DNA of 64,000 nucleotides from contig DASVCV010000007.1 of assembly GCA_036381415.1 (NCBI GenBank), positions 1,229-65,228 on the forward strand. The letters are read 5' to 3'. Under the pieces are notes generated by a model that was given only the letters and a program-made list of their open reading frames with translations, did not search any database and was not told the DNA's origin. Every line of letters starts with the position of its first letter. Positions within the stretch are counted from its first letter, which is position 1. This stretch comes from Patescibacteria group bacterium. Lineage in GTDB: Bacteria > Patescibacteriota > Microgenomatia > UBA8517. Both the position numbers and the translations under genes were made by a program. Shown piece after piece: positions 40,474-49,317 of the stretch.

Positions 40474-40734
40474 ATGATCCAAAGAATATCCGAACCAGTA
40501 TCAGTTGTCTCTACTTTTAACAGTGCCACCAAAAAGGTTTATCCCACAAACATTGTCTGGAGACAAAGAATTTACAAAATCACAAAAATAGGACTTCACC
40601 ACACTTATAGGCAGGGCCGGACTTTATATCATGTTTTCTCAGTGGCAAGCCAGAACCTTTTCTTTAGATTAGTTCTTAATAGTGAAACTCTCTTTTGGAG
40701 ACTTGAAGAAATCTCAGATGGACTTTCAAACTAA
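40474..40734 (+). CDS. Small beta-rich protein associated with Y-family polymerase (DUF6504-like)
   Basis: 'PTNIVWRQRIYKI...FRL...WRLEEI'; overlaps the dinB start. Confidence 0.65.
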   Translation: MIQRISEPVSVVSTFNSATKKVYPTNIVWRQRIYKITKIGLHHTYRQGRTLYHVFSVASQNLFFRLVLNSETLFWRLEEISDGLSN

Positions 40735-41968
40735 TTTTAATCCTGAAAAGCCATATGTTATGCACATAGACCTAAATTCTTGTTTTGCCATGGTTGAACA
40801 GCAAGCCAATCCTCTGTTAAGAAACAAGCCGGTTGCAGTTGCAGCATATGCTACTTCCTCAGGCTGTATTCTAGCTGCCTCATATGAAGCCAAAAGATTA
40901 GGAGTAAAAACAGGAATGAGGGTAAAAGAAGGCAGGCTTCTTTGTCCTTCTTTAATTGTTCTTCCCCCAGATGCTCCTAAATATAGAGATGTTCATCTTA
41001 AATTAAGAAAAGTCCTCTCTTCCTACACTAATGATTTTGTTCCCCGTTCAATTGATGAATTTGTTTTAAATTTAAAAGATTACCCAGTAAGTGCAAAAGG
41101 AATGACAAATATTGGTCTAGAAATCAAAAAAAGAATTAAAAAAGAAGTTGGAGACTACCTTACTGTTTCAGTTGGAATTTCAACAAATAGGTTTCTAGCT
41201 AAAACTGCCTGCTCTCTTCATAAGCCTGATGGCTTAGAAGAAATAAACAAAGATAACTTTGAAAGTGTTTTTTCAAAACTTAACTTAGTTGACCTTTGTG
41301 GAATCAAAGCAAGAAATGCCAGCCGCCTCATGGGCATGGGAATTTATTCAGTTAGCCAGTTTTATGACTCCCCAATCTGGAAACTTAAAGCAGCATTTTC
41401 CTCCATTGCCGGATACTACTGGTGGGTGCGTCTTCATGGGTTTGAGATTGATGATGTTGAGTGGGGAAGGCGTAGCTATGGCAACTCATATTCCCTTCCA
41501 AAACCATTCAAAAGTCCTAAGGACCTTTCCCCAATATTAGCTAAGCTTTCTGAAAAGACTGGCTTTAGATTAAGAAAAGCCGGCTACAAGGTCCAAGGGG
41601 TTCATTTAGCACTTCTTTTTAAAGACCACACTTATTGGCACAAAGGATTAAAGCTTCCCCACCCAATCTTTGACTCAAGAGATATTTTTAAAACAGCATT
41701 TAGACTAATGTGTAAATCTCCTCTTCCTAAACCAGTTGCAAATATTGCAGTTTCCTGCTTCAACTTAACCAAAAAAGATACTTTGCAGCTAAACCTATTT
41801 GAAAACATTGAAAAGAAAAAAGAATTAGTAAGTGCTGTAGATAACATCAATAAAAGATGGGGACACTTTGTGGTAGCCCAAGGCGGGATGCTAGAAACAT
41901 CTGACTATGTTCCAGATAGAATTGCTTTTGGAGGAGTAAAAGAACTGGAAGAAATTACAACTGACTAG
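40718..41968 (+). CDS. dinB: Y-family DNA polymerase (DinB/Pol IV-like)
   Basis: HIDLNSCFA, SYEAK, SIDE, LAKTAC...KPDG. Start set at ATG 40718. Confidence 0.9.
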   Translation: MDFQTNFNPEKPYVMHIDLNSCFAMVEQQANPLLRNKPVAVAAYATSSGCILAASYEAKRLGVKTGMRVKEGRLLCPSLIVLPPDAPKYRDVHLKLRKVLSSYTNDFVPRSIDEFVLNLKDYPVSAKGMTNIGLEIKKRIKKEVGDYLTVSVGISTNRFLAKTACSLHKPDGLEEINKDNFESVFSKLNLVDLCGIKARNASRLMGMGIYSVSQFYDSPIWKLKAAFSSIAGYYWWVRLHGFEIDDVEWGRRSYGNSYSLPKPFKSPKDLSPILAKLSEKTGFRLRKAGYKVQGVHLALLFKDHTYWHKGLKLPHPIFDSRDIFKTAFRLMCKSPLPKPVANIAVSCFNLTKKDTLQLNLFENIEKKKELVSAVDNINKRWGHFVVAQGGMLETSDYVPDRIAFGGVKELEEITTD

Positions 41969-42467
41969 TATCAACTGTGGTACCCACTTTTATATTATTT
42001 TTCCCAACAAATCCGGAATTAACTTCTAATATATAATCAACACTTTCCTTTGGAAGGTATATCTTTAAATCAGCATCCCTTGTGCCAGGAACCGGTTGTG
42101 AAACATTAGTAGTTACTTCTATAACCTTACCTGCCTTAATCCATATAAAATCTAAGGGGAAAAGCATATCTTTCATCCAAAATGCAGGACGTAGTCCTTG
42201 GTCTTTGTAGTCAAAAATCATTCCCTGGTCTTGAGCCATTAAAGACACTCCAGAAAGGCCTTTCCTTTTTTCATCTTCACTTTTTGCAACAGCTACCTTG
42301 ATAGAAGTGCCTCCAACACTAATTGTCTTTAAATTAGTTGAAGGTAAGGCAGAGGTGGAAGTAGGAGCAGGTATTCCAACTCCTGTAATTTTGTTGTTTT
42401 TAACTAAAAGTCCAACAACAATTATAAAAATGACAACTCCAATTATGTATAAAAAAATCTGTTTCAT
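41955..42467 (-). CDS. DUF192 family exported protein
   Basis: KGLS, GMIF, FWMKDMLFPLDFIWI, YILEVNSG. Confidence 0.9.
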   Translation of the reverse strand: MKQIFLYIIGVVIFIIVVGLLVKNNKITGVGIPAPTSTSALPSTNLKTISVGGTSIKVAVAKSEDEKRKGLSGVSLMAQDQGMIFDYKDQGLRPAFWMKDMLFPLDFIWIKAGKVIEVTTNVSQPVPGTRDADLKIYLPKESVDYILEVNSGFVGKNNIKVGTTVDTSQL

Positions 42468-42616
42468 TTTTGAGTTTCTGTCCCCAATACTGTGGGTGCT
42501 TCATAAACTGCTGCTTGTTGCTGTTTGGCATTCTTTGTCATAAAGACTAACACCAAAGCAAAAACAATTGATGGGATTAGAAGCAGAAGTAGGTATAAAC
42601 TATTCCTAGACTTCAT
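42464..42616 (-). CDS. 50-aa single-pass membrane microprotein
   Basis: MKSRNSLYLLLLLIPSIVFALVLVF...PTVLGTETQK*; ATGA overlap with the DUF192 gene. Confidence 0.65.
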   Translation of the reverse strand: MKSRNSLYLLLLLIPSIVFALVLVFMTKNAKQQQAAVYEAPTVLGTETQK

Positions 42617-42661
42617 AATCCTAGTTTAGAGACTTGCTAAATTTTTGCAAGAAGAAAAAAG

Positions 42662-42744
42662 TGCCCCCGAGAGGACTCGAACCTCTACAGAATTGCTTCC
42701 ACAGGATCCTAAATCCTGCGCGTCTACCATTTCGCCACGAGGGC
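42662..42744 (-). tRNA. tRNA-Leu(TAG)
   Basis: CAGGA-TTTAGGA-TCCTG and a long variable arm. Confidence 0.95.
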
Positions 42745-42776
42745 ATGCTACAAGGCTATTATATCAAATTTATGGC

Positions 42777-42856
42777 AAAAAAAAGGCCCTCCAGAAGGAG
42801 GGCCAAGGAAATCCTAACGCTTCTTCTGCATTTAACAGAATCAGCCTCAGAACGTG
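42777..42856 (-). ncRNA. Candidate ~80-nt small RNA
   Basis: TTGACA(42885-90)-N17-TATATT promoter, a 5' hairpin, and terminator GGCCCTCC-TTCT-GGAGGGCC-T8. Confidence 0.5.
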
Positions 42857-42903
42857 CTGTCAATATATCAAAGCATTATAGGATTGTCAAGTTTTGACAA
42901 CTT

Positions 42904-43662
42904 TCATCCCTTTTTACGAGCGAGGATAAAAATAGAAGGCCCAAAATTGAGGTAAGCAAAGGGTATTTGCACTAGCTTTTCAACCCATAACAATACAGAT
43001 ATAGGTATATGTTTCTTAGCAGAAACACTTCTAATATTAGAAACTGACCTTTTTTGGACTACCTCAAAACCATGTTTTGAAAGCTCATCCTCAATAGCCT
43101 TAGGGTGATGATTAAGAAAAGGAAGTGTTTTAGCTTTTATCGATTCTGCACTTCTTACATCAATAGAATTAGTGTCATTTAGGAACTTAAAATCTCCCTT
43201 TAATAGATGAGAAATCACGGCTTTTCCATGCATTTTATTTGCAAATTCAAATATCACATGCCCATTAGGTTCTACCAAATACTCAATAATATCAAAGGCT
43301 TCACTAACATTTGGAATATGGTGTAGCACCCTAACTGTTAAAACAAGATCAAAACTGCCTTTTCTAAACTTGTTTTTGGCATTTTCCAGAGATGTCTGGA
43401 CATACTTCATGTTGCTATAGGCACTTAGCTGTTTTCTAGCAATGCTAAGAAGCTTTGCAGAAGGGTCTGTCAAGGTAACTGTTTTGGCTCTAAAAAGGTA
43501 GTAAGGAGCAAGTCTTCCAAATCCTCCCCCAAGCTCAATAGCCTTGGCAATCTTTGGAATTCTATCTAAAAAGCACCTTAGAGCATAAACCTCAGATTCA
43601 TGCTCATACTTTCTTTCATTCCAATAAGACAGATAGTCATAACTGTCATATGCTGCTCCCAT
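42904..43662 (-). CDS. Class I SAM-dependent methyltransferase
   Basis: IELGGGFGRL and FDLVLTVRVLHH. Confidence 0.9.
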   Translation of the reverse strand: MGAAYDSYDYLSYWNERKYEHESEVYALRCFLDRIPKIAKAIELGGGFGRLAPYYLFRAKTVTLTDPSAKLLSIARKQLSAYSNMKYVQTSLENAKNKFRKGSFDLVLTVRVLHHIPNVSEAFDIIEYLVEPNGHVIFEFANKMHGKAVISHLLKGDFKFLNDTNSIDVRSAESIKAKTLPFLNHHPKAIEDELSKHGFEVVQKRSVSNIRSVSAKKHIPISVLLWVEKLVQIPFAYLNFGPSIFILARKKG

Positions 43663-43710
43663 TGCTCTAGTTTACTACATACTTGAGTGTGGAGCCAAAA
43701 AAAGAAGGCC

Positions 43711-44328
43711 TTATTCCATTTCATCCATGAACTGTCTTACACCTTTTGCCCATTCTCCATTAGGTGAACCTGGGTTGTACTTGGTCATAATTTCTTCAGG
43801 AGTCTTTAAACCTTCATCTATATAGTTTTCCTTTAATCCGCGGCTTACTGTTTCAATTCCTACATCAAAGGATTTAAAGGCTAAAGAAGAAACACTGGTT
43901 ATTCCCCATCCCCAGCAGTTATAGCTTCCATATGGAATGATCTTGCAAAGATTTGATTCCTTCTGGGCAATAGCAGCAAGAAGCCTAAAATCAAGTTCAT
44001 TCTTGTCAGCTTCTTCAACCAGTTTAGAAGCATATGGCAATAAAGGTGAATCATAGTTTGCCAAGTATTGTCTAACTATCTCCACCCTTGCATCCTTTAC
44101 CTCAATTTCACTTGAAACAGTAGGAAAGTTGGTTGGAAGTGAGGCGTATACTTGTACTCCTGGTCTTAAGGCTGTGCTTGTTGCACTAGGAACATTAGAA
44201 GCAGAAGCACTAGGTGTGCCTAAGTTAATTAAGGAAAAAATACTTAGTCCCAAAGTAATTGGTGCAAGTATGAAAAAGGCAGCAATTAGGGTTAAATCAC
44301 GCCAAAACTTTAATGGCTCTTCTAGCAT
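43711..44328 (-). CDS. Membrane-anchored lysozyme/glucosaminidase-like protein
   Basis: 'LDFRLLAAIAQKES', NCWGWG, KYNP...WA. Confidence 0.75.
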   Translation of the reverse strand: MLEEPLKFWRDLTLIAAFFILAPITLGLSIFSLINLGTPSASASNVPSATSTALRPGVQVYASLPTNFPTVSSEIEVKDARVEIVRQYLANYDSPLLPYASKLVEEADKNELDFRLLAAIAQKESNLCKIIPYGSYNCWGWGITSVSSLAFKSFDVGIETVSRGLKENYIDEGLKTPEEIMTKYNPGSPNGEWAKGVRQFMDEME

Positions 44329-44381
44329 TCTAGCTCTTAGAATGCCATATATGAGGTTGGGAAGTCAAGTTTTATAGTTAT

Positions 44382-44891
44382 TTATTTCCTTGACTGTGGA
44401 GGAAGGGATGGCTCATAAATTAGCTTAGTTTCCCATCTTACATCATAATTCCCTCTTACATCTTCAAGTCTCTTCTCTATAAGTTTTTGACTGTTTAATC
44501 TATCAAAAAGTGTAAAAACCTCAGGAAAACTTTCAACTCGTTGATGTCTAGTTCCGTTTAGATCTACGATAGGTTCTTCAGGTCTGATTATTTCTTCAGA
44601 ACTCCATGTATTGAAAGGCTTCGGGAAAAACATCCTCATACAACCTGGCAAGTCCGTTCTCCAAGACAAACCTAAAGTATCATTATCTATAATTCTTAGT
44701 TTACCTTCAGCATCTCTCAAACTTTTTCCCTCAACATCAGCCTCTTCCTTACCCTTTAGTTTCACAACCCACCCATTGTGCAGCTTCTTTTCTCTTGAAA
44801 GAACAACATGCCCCACCTTTTCCATCTGTATATTTCTTTCAGTGGAAGAGAACTCGTAAAGAACAACTTCTGACTTTAATTTAAAAGACAT
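44382..44891 (-). CDS. Hypothetical protein
   Basis: 169-aa ORF starting 10 nt after tRNA-Lys. Confidence 0.6.
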   Translation of the reverse strand: MSFKLKSEVVLYEFSSTERNIQMEKVGHVVLSREKKLHNGWVVKLKGKEEADVEGKSLRDAEGKLRIIDNDTLGLSWRTDLPGCMRMFFPKPFNTWSSEEIIRPEEPIVDLNGTRHQRVESFPEVFTLFDRLNSQKLIEKRLEDVRGNYDVRWETKLIYEPSLPPQSRK

Positions 44892-44901
44892 ATTTGCAAA
44901 G

Positions 44902-44973
44902 TGAGCCGCAGAGGATTCGAACCTCTAACCGTTACCTTAAGAGGGTACTGCTCTACCGTTGAGCTAGCGGCCC
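44902..44973 (-). tRNA. tRNA-Lys(CTT)
   Basis: Anticodon loop CTCTTAA. Confidence 0.95.
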
Positions 44974-45017
44974 GTAGATTGCCCTATTTTATCATTTCCG
45001 AAGAAAACTAGCCAAAA

Positions 45018-46427
45018 TTATCTTCCTAGGCTTAATTTAGAGATGAAGAACATTTTTGCATTTTCGATAATAGTCTGGAGTGTTACAAAAGGTATGACTT
45101 TAATTTCAAAGAAATACTTCTGTGTAATAGGCTGATTGTTAAACAAGAGGAAAAAGTCTTTGTATGACCCTGACTCCTGAGGAAGTTTTCCTTTAATTGA
45201 AATTATGCCTATTTGTCCTGGTTCAATAGTTGCAGGTACTGTAGAAACTATCTGGAAACTTTCCCCCTTATCAGATCTTACCCCCAAGTTTGCCTTATCC
45301 CAAATAGCCTGACCGTTATTTTTAACAAAAAGAAGGGAGTAAAAATCATTGTCAGTATTTCCTATTTGAGGAGTTATCCCGCTTAATATTTCCCCCTCAT
45401 TTACCTGAACTGGCTTGCCAGCTACTTTAGTTAGGTTCTGTACTGAGTAGTAAAAGTTATAGAAATTTCCATCCCTTTTTTTCCAGGAAAACATATCAAA
45501 AAGATTATCCTGGTAGCTAAAAACAAAAGGAGTAACCGCAACCACATTTGGACTGTTCCAAGCATATTTGTATGCTTCCTCATATTTTGCTCCTAAGTCA
45601 TTTGAACTGGTATTTCCAGGAAGCCTTCCACTTGCATCATGAGTCCATCCTGTTTCTGTAATAAAAACAGGAAGATTTTTAGTCACTCCTAAGGTCTTCA
45701 AATAGTCTTCTTCCCACAAATAAGACCTAACACTTCCCTTTCCAACTCCATCTGGGCTTCCTGAGAAATTGGGGTTGGGATATGAATGAGATGCCCACCC
45801 ATCTATATTGTTAAAAAGATCTGGCTCGCTAGATATCATTCTAGCTAGGTAGGTAGACTCATCCATGCTGTCTCTTGTATTGCCTGCTGAGGCATCTAAT
45901 CCAGCAGGTAGTATGAAGTAGTCCCCAGAGGCACTTTTAAGCTTACCTGAGAAGGTTTTAAGGTAGGTAGCATACTCAGAGGGGTTAATTTGCCCTCCCC
46001 ACTCTTTGGCATGGTTTGGCTCGTTCCCAACTGTAATATACCTGTTTTTAATAACCCAGTTTAGAGAGTTAAAAAAAGATACCCAGCCGTCTATTTCATC
46101 AGGATTAGGTTTTTCCCAGACATCACCATTTGGGGCTGTTGCTACACGGACAATAGGTATTAAATGGAGTCTTCTCATTTCATCAAAAACCCTTTGCCAG
46201 CGTCTGGTGTCTCTTTCTCCTTTTTGAATAACTAAAGTCACATAACCCCAATCTCCTCCATTGGAATTAGTTAACTTTGCAACATTTTCCAAGTCCCCTG
46301 CATCTACAACATGGATGCCAAATTTATTGTTAGGAACCAAAGTAGGGTCAGTAATTGCAGAAACAGAAGGTGCAAAAACGAAGAGTGTTAAAAAGAAAAA
46401 GGACAGTAAAAATATTATTTTTTTCAT
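45018..46427 (-). CDS. Exported clan GH-A glycoside hydrolase
   Basis: Signal peptide, GNEPN acid/base, HSYP, ITETGW nucleophile. Confidence 0.85.
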   Translation of the reverse strand: MKKIIFLLSFFFLTLFVFAPSVSAITDPTLVPNNKFGIHVVDAGDLENVAKLTNSNGGDWGYVTLVIQKGERDTRRWQRVFDEMRRLHLIPIVRVATAPNGDVWEKPNPDEIDGWVSFFNSLNWVIKNRYITVGNEPNHAKEWGGQINPSEYATYLKTFSGKLKSASGDYFILPAGLDASAGNTRDSMDESTYLARMISSEPDLFNNIDGWASHSYPNPNFSGSPDGVGKGSVRSYLWEEDYLKTLGVTKNLPVFITETGWTHDASGRLPGNTSSNDLGAKYEEAYKYAWNSPNVVAVTPFVFSYQDNLFDMFSWKKRDGNFYNFYYSVQNLTKVAGKPVQVNEGEILSGITPQIGNTDNDFYSLLFVKNNGQAIWDKANLGVRSDKGESFQIVSTVPATIEPGQIGIISIKGKLPQESGSYKDFFLLFNNQPITQKYFFEIKVIPFVTLQTIIENAKMFFISKLSLGR

Positions 46428-46439
46428 TTAACTAAAATG

Positions 46440-46511
46440 TGCCCCTGGGGGGAATCGAACCCTCATCTCCTCCTTAGAAGGGAGATGCTCTATCCATTGA
46501 GCTACAGGGGC
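46440..46511 (-). tRNA. tRNA-Arg(TCT)
   Basis: Anticodon loop CTTCTAA. Confidence 0.95.
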
Positions 46512-46517
46512 ATTTTG

Positions 46518-46589
46518 AGCGGCGGAGCGGACTCGAACCGCCGACCTTCTCCTTGGCAAGGAGACATTCTACCACTGAACTACCGCCGC
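46518..46589 (-). tRNA. tRNA-Gly(GCC)
   Basis: TCTCC-TTGCCAA-GGAGA, U73. Confidence 0.95.
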
Positions 46590-46637
46590 ATTTAGAACAA
46601 TTTAATTACTCTAAAACTATCAAAAATGTCTTATTTG

Positions 46638-46710
46638 TGCCGAGAGCAGGAGTCGGACCTGCATAGCTTGTTCTTCAGACAAGTGCCTTGACCACCTTGG
46701 CTATCTCGGC
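46638..46710 (-). tRNA. tRNA-Phe(GAA), with G37 and C55
   Basis: CTTGT-CTGAAGA-ACAAG; T-loop TCCGACT. Confidence 0.9.
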
Positions 46711-46735
46711 TTTTACGAGATTATATCAAATTTTG

Positions 46736-46807
46736 TGGGCGCTGAGGGATTCGAACCCCCGACTTTTTCGATGTAAACGAAACACTCTACCGCTGAGTTA
46801 AGCGCCC
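46736..46807 (-). tRNA. tRNA-Val(TAC)
   Basis: TTTCG-TTTACAT-CGAAA. Confidence 0.95.
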
Positions 46808-47514
46808 TTTGGTGCGGGAGAGAGGACTCGAACCTCCACGGATTTCTCCATACGCTCCTTAGGCGTACGCGTATAGCCAGTTCCGCCACTCCCGCTTGTT
46901 GATTGTATTATACCCAATGCTTGGTCAATTTTAAACTTTTTCCTACTTAAACAGGTAACTCCTTCTGAATAGTACAGCACCTCTAACAACCTTAAAGAGC
47001 TATATTTTGCATATTTTAGCAAGTAGCTCCCTCGCCCACCTTTTGAAATATACCCTTTTATTTGATAGAGATATTCTATTTTAAATTTTAGCCAACACAG
47101 AAAATCCCTGCTTGCTGATACATAACCGCTATAAAATACAAAACTGTTAGGCCACTGTTTGCTCCAATAAGAAAAAGTATATCCATCACCATCTAAACAG
47201 CCTCTTAAAAAGTCAGGAAAATATTTATTAGGCACTTTTATATTCTTGATAGTCTTCGATTTTTTCGAATGCAATCCTATAGATTCTAAATACCTATATA
47301 ATTTTACATTTCCCCACTCGATGCGATAATATCTTTTGTTGCTACTACCCGAATTCTTAATACCTATCTTGTTACTTAAACGTAATATTCTTTTAAAATT
47401 TTCTACTTGTTCTAAATCCTTAGAAGTAAAATCAATATGGCGCCCATCTTTCGACAAATATCCATCAGTAGCAATCAACCCAACTACATATGCAAAATCT
47501 CTTGACCAGCGCAT
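46798..47514 (-). CDS. Two-motif LAGLIDADG homing endonuclease-like protein whose frame runs through tRNA-Leu(AAG)
   Basis: AYVVGLIATDG and DFLRGCLDGDG motifs, own TATAAT and SD. The stop codon lies inside tRNA-Val(TAC). Confidence 0.88.
   Translation of the reverse strand: MRWSRDFAYVVGLIATDGYLSKDGRHIDFTSKDLEQVENFKRILRLSNKIGIKNSGSSNKRYYRIEWGNVKLYRYLESIGLHSKKSKTIKNIKVPNKYFPDFLRGCLDGDGYTFSYWSKQWPNSFVFYSGYVSASRDFLCWLKFKIEYLYQIKGYISKGGRGSYLLKYAKYSSLRLLEVLYYSEGVTCLSRKKFKIDQALGIIQSTSGSGGTGYTRTPKERMEKSVEVRVLSPAPKGA
46810..46895 (-). tRNA. tRNA-Leu(AAG), CCA encoded
   Basis: TACGC-CTAAGGA-GCGTA, long variable arm, A73 followed by CCA. Confidence 0.9.
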
Positions 47515-47567
47515 TATCTCCTACCTCTATCTCATTAACATTATACCGAAAATATAACGAATGCAAG

Positions 47568-47653
47568 TGCCGAAGAGAGGACTCGAACCTCCACGCCCGG
47601 TAAGGGGCACACGATTCTGAATCGTGCCTGGCTACCAATTACAGCACTTCGGC
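47568..47653 (-). tRNA. tRNA-Leu(CAG), A37
   Basis: CACGA-TTCAGAA-TCGTG and a long variable arm. Confidence 0.95.
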
Positions 47654-47727
47654 AAGTGTTTACATTATACCAGGAATACAGCCTCACATGAATAATAGCA
47701 TTTAGCTTTTTGTGATATTATTCTGAT

Positions 47728-48411
47728 ATGCTCGAAAGGATAACTCATACTCCTGAAGTTGAAGCTTCAAATATCAGTTTAACCATGCGCTACCACAGGT
47801 TAGCTACTTTATATGGAGACTACACAATGTACATTAAATTCCTTATTTCAAGCTATGCATCATATGGGAAAGCTATGGATAAAATATTTGAATTCAAATC
47901 CAGGCTTTTAACAATTGATTTGAATCAAAAATATGCCTCTGAGGTTGCAATGTTTATAGCATCTCAAAAAGCAACATTTTTATACAGCCTTCTTTTTCCA
48001 GAAAAGGTAGGTAAGGATTTAAACCAAACTAAAATATCAGAATATATAGGAGAAGATGGTCAAAACACTCCTTCTTTTCTTCACTCCTACTACGACTGGT
48101 TAAATAAGATTTTTAGTTTAAACCCCAACAGTATTGTGGGTTTTAACTTTGAGCCAGATGGAGCTTGTTTCTCAAGCAATACTCCTCCCCATTGCACTTC
48201 AGATAATATCTTAGTTTTAGACAAACAATATAAGGCAGGTATTTCTTTTGTCTTAGCAAACGATACAAGCCATTCCACATATATAGATCCCAAGACAAAC
48301 TCAAAAGAACTGGCAGTTCCAGCTTATGCTGTCAGAGACTACAGCCTTCTTCACAAACTGTTTAAAGCAAGTATTGAAATAGGCAGTGGAGTGGTTGATA
48401 ATTCTATATAA
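47728..48411 (+). CDS. Hypothetical protein
   Basis: 227-aa ORF; TGATATTAT box just upstream. Confidence 0.65.
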   Translation: MLERITHTPEVEASNISLTMRYHRLATLYGDYTMYIKFLISSYASYGKAMDKIFEFKSRLLTIDLNQKYASEVAMFIASQKATFLYSLLFPEKVGKDLNQTKISEYIGEDGQNTPSFLHSYYDWLNKIFSLNPNSIVGFNFEPDGACFSSNTPPHCTSDNILVLDKQYKAGISFVLANDTSHSTYIDPKTNSKELAVPAYAVRDYSLLHKLFKASIEIGSGVVDNSI

Positions 48412-48944
48412 TGTCAGAGCCAATACCAGAACAGTCATCGGGCAATTTTATAGACTCTGCTGCATTTAAAAGTTTTCTATCAAGCCCTAAAGACACTAAG
48501 TTCAAAGGAATAATAGATTTGGCAGGAGGTTTTCCCACCCCTTCTGATGAAATAAGTGTTACAGATACAGCCTTAATGCTATTAAGAAAAGATGTCACAA
48601 GAATTCCAATCATTGCAATTAAAAAAGGTAATGAAACAAATATTTTTGGATTAGTAACAAACAATGGAAGACAAGAACACAAAGCACTTCTTTCAGACCT
48701 GCAGGAAAAAGGATATTCAGTAAACGATATTCTTTTTACTACATCTATTGAATGTGGAGAAGCAGGCCAATACACGGCCACTTTTGAGTCTGCTCCAAAA
48801 GTAGGTGGTGCTGTTTCTTCCCCAGATCACCTAAGCTTGGGTAAAGGTTCTGATCTTCACGAACCCAAACTTCCTCCTTTTACTTCAGAAGGAAGAAAAA
48901 TGATGGAAAAAGTATTAGGTGGAAGAATATCTATGTCTTATTAG
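48411..48944 (+). CDS. Hypothetical protein
   Basis: 177-aa ORF; TAATG overlap with the previous gene. Confidence 0.65.
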   Translation: MSEPIPEQSSGNFIDSAAFKSFLSSPKDTKFKGIIDLAGGFPTPSDEISVTDTALMLLRKDVTRIPIIAIKKGNETNIFGLVTNNGRQEHKALLSDLQEKGYSVNDILFTTSIECGEAGQYTATFESAPKVGGAVSSPDHLSLGKGSDLHEPKLPPFTSEGRKMMEKVLGGRISMSY

Positions 48945-48993
48945 TCTTCTTCATGATATTGACACACCTCATCAATAAGGTAAAATCTGCGTA

Positions 48994-49317
48994 ATGAGCG
49001 ATAAAGAGAGAAAAGCTTCAGAAATTATAAATATTAATAAGTACGATAGTCTTTTTGGTGTTGGTGGAAAACCAGCAAACCAAGAAGCAATTGATATTGT
49101 TCTGGGAGAAAACCAAACAGAATCACAAAGTACCACACCAGAAGCCAAACCTACCCCAACAGAGGAAAAAATGCCGCCTACTCTAACAGATTTAAGGTTG
49201 CAGCAAACTCCCAAATTTGGATTTTCAAAAATAACTACAGAAGTTTCAGTAGGAGAAACATTTGCAAAAAGCAGTGAAGGAAAGAAGAAAAAGAAAAAAG
49301 GTTACTTCTCCCATTAG
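48994..49317 (+). CDS. Hypothetical low-complexity protein
   Basis: 107-aa ORF; TAAAAT box 6 nt before the ATG. Confidence 0.55.
   Translation: MSDKERKASEIININKYDSLFGVGGKPANQEAIDIVLGENQTESQSTTPEAKPTPTEEKMPPTLTDLRLQQTPKFGFSKITTEVSVGETFAKSSEGKKKKKKGYFSH

Noticed and set aside
42634-42897. ORFs 42634-42897 and 42645-42881
   Set aside because: Antisense to tRNA-Leu(TAG) and the terminator; no protein features.
46798-47653. LAGLIDADG gene as part of a group I intron or intein
   Set aside because: Both flanking tRNAs are complete and uninterrupted. There is no room for an intron core and no intein terminal motifs or host protein.
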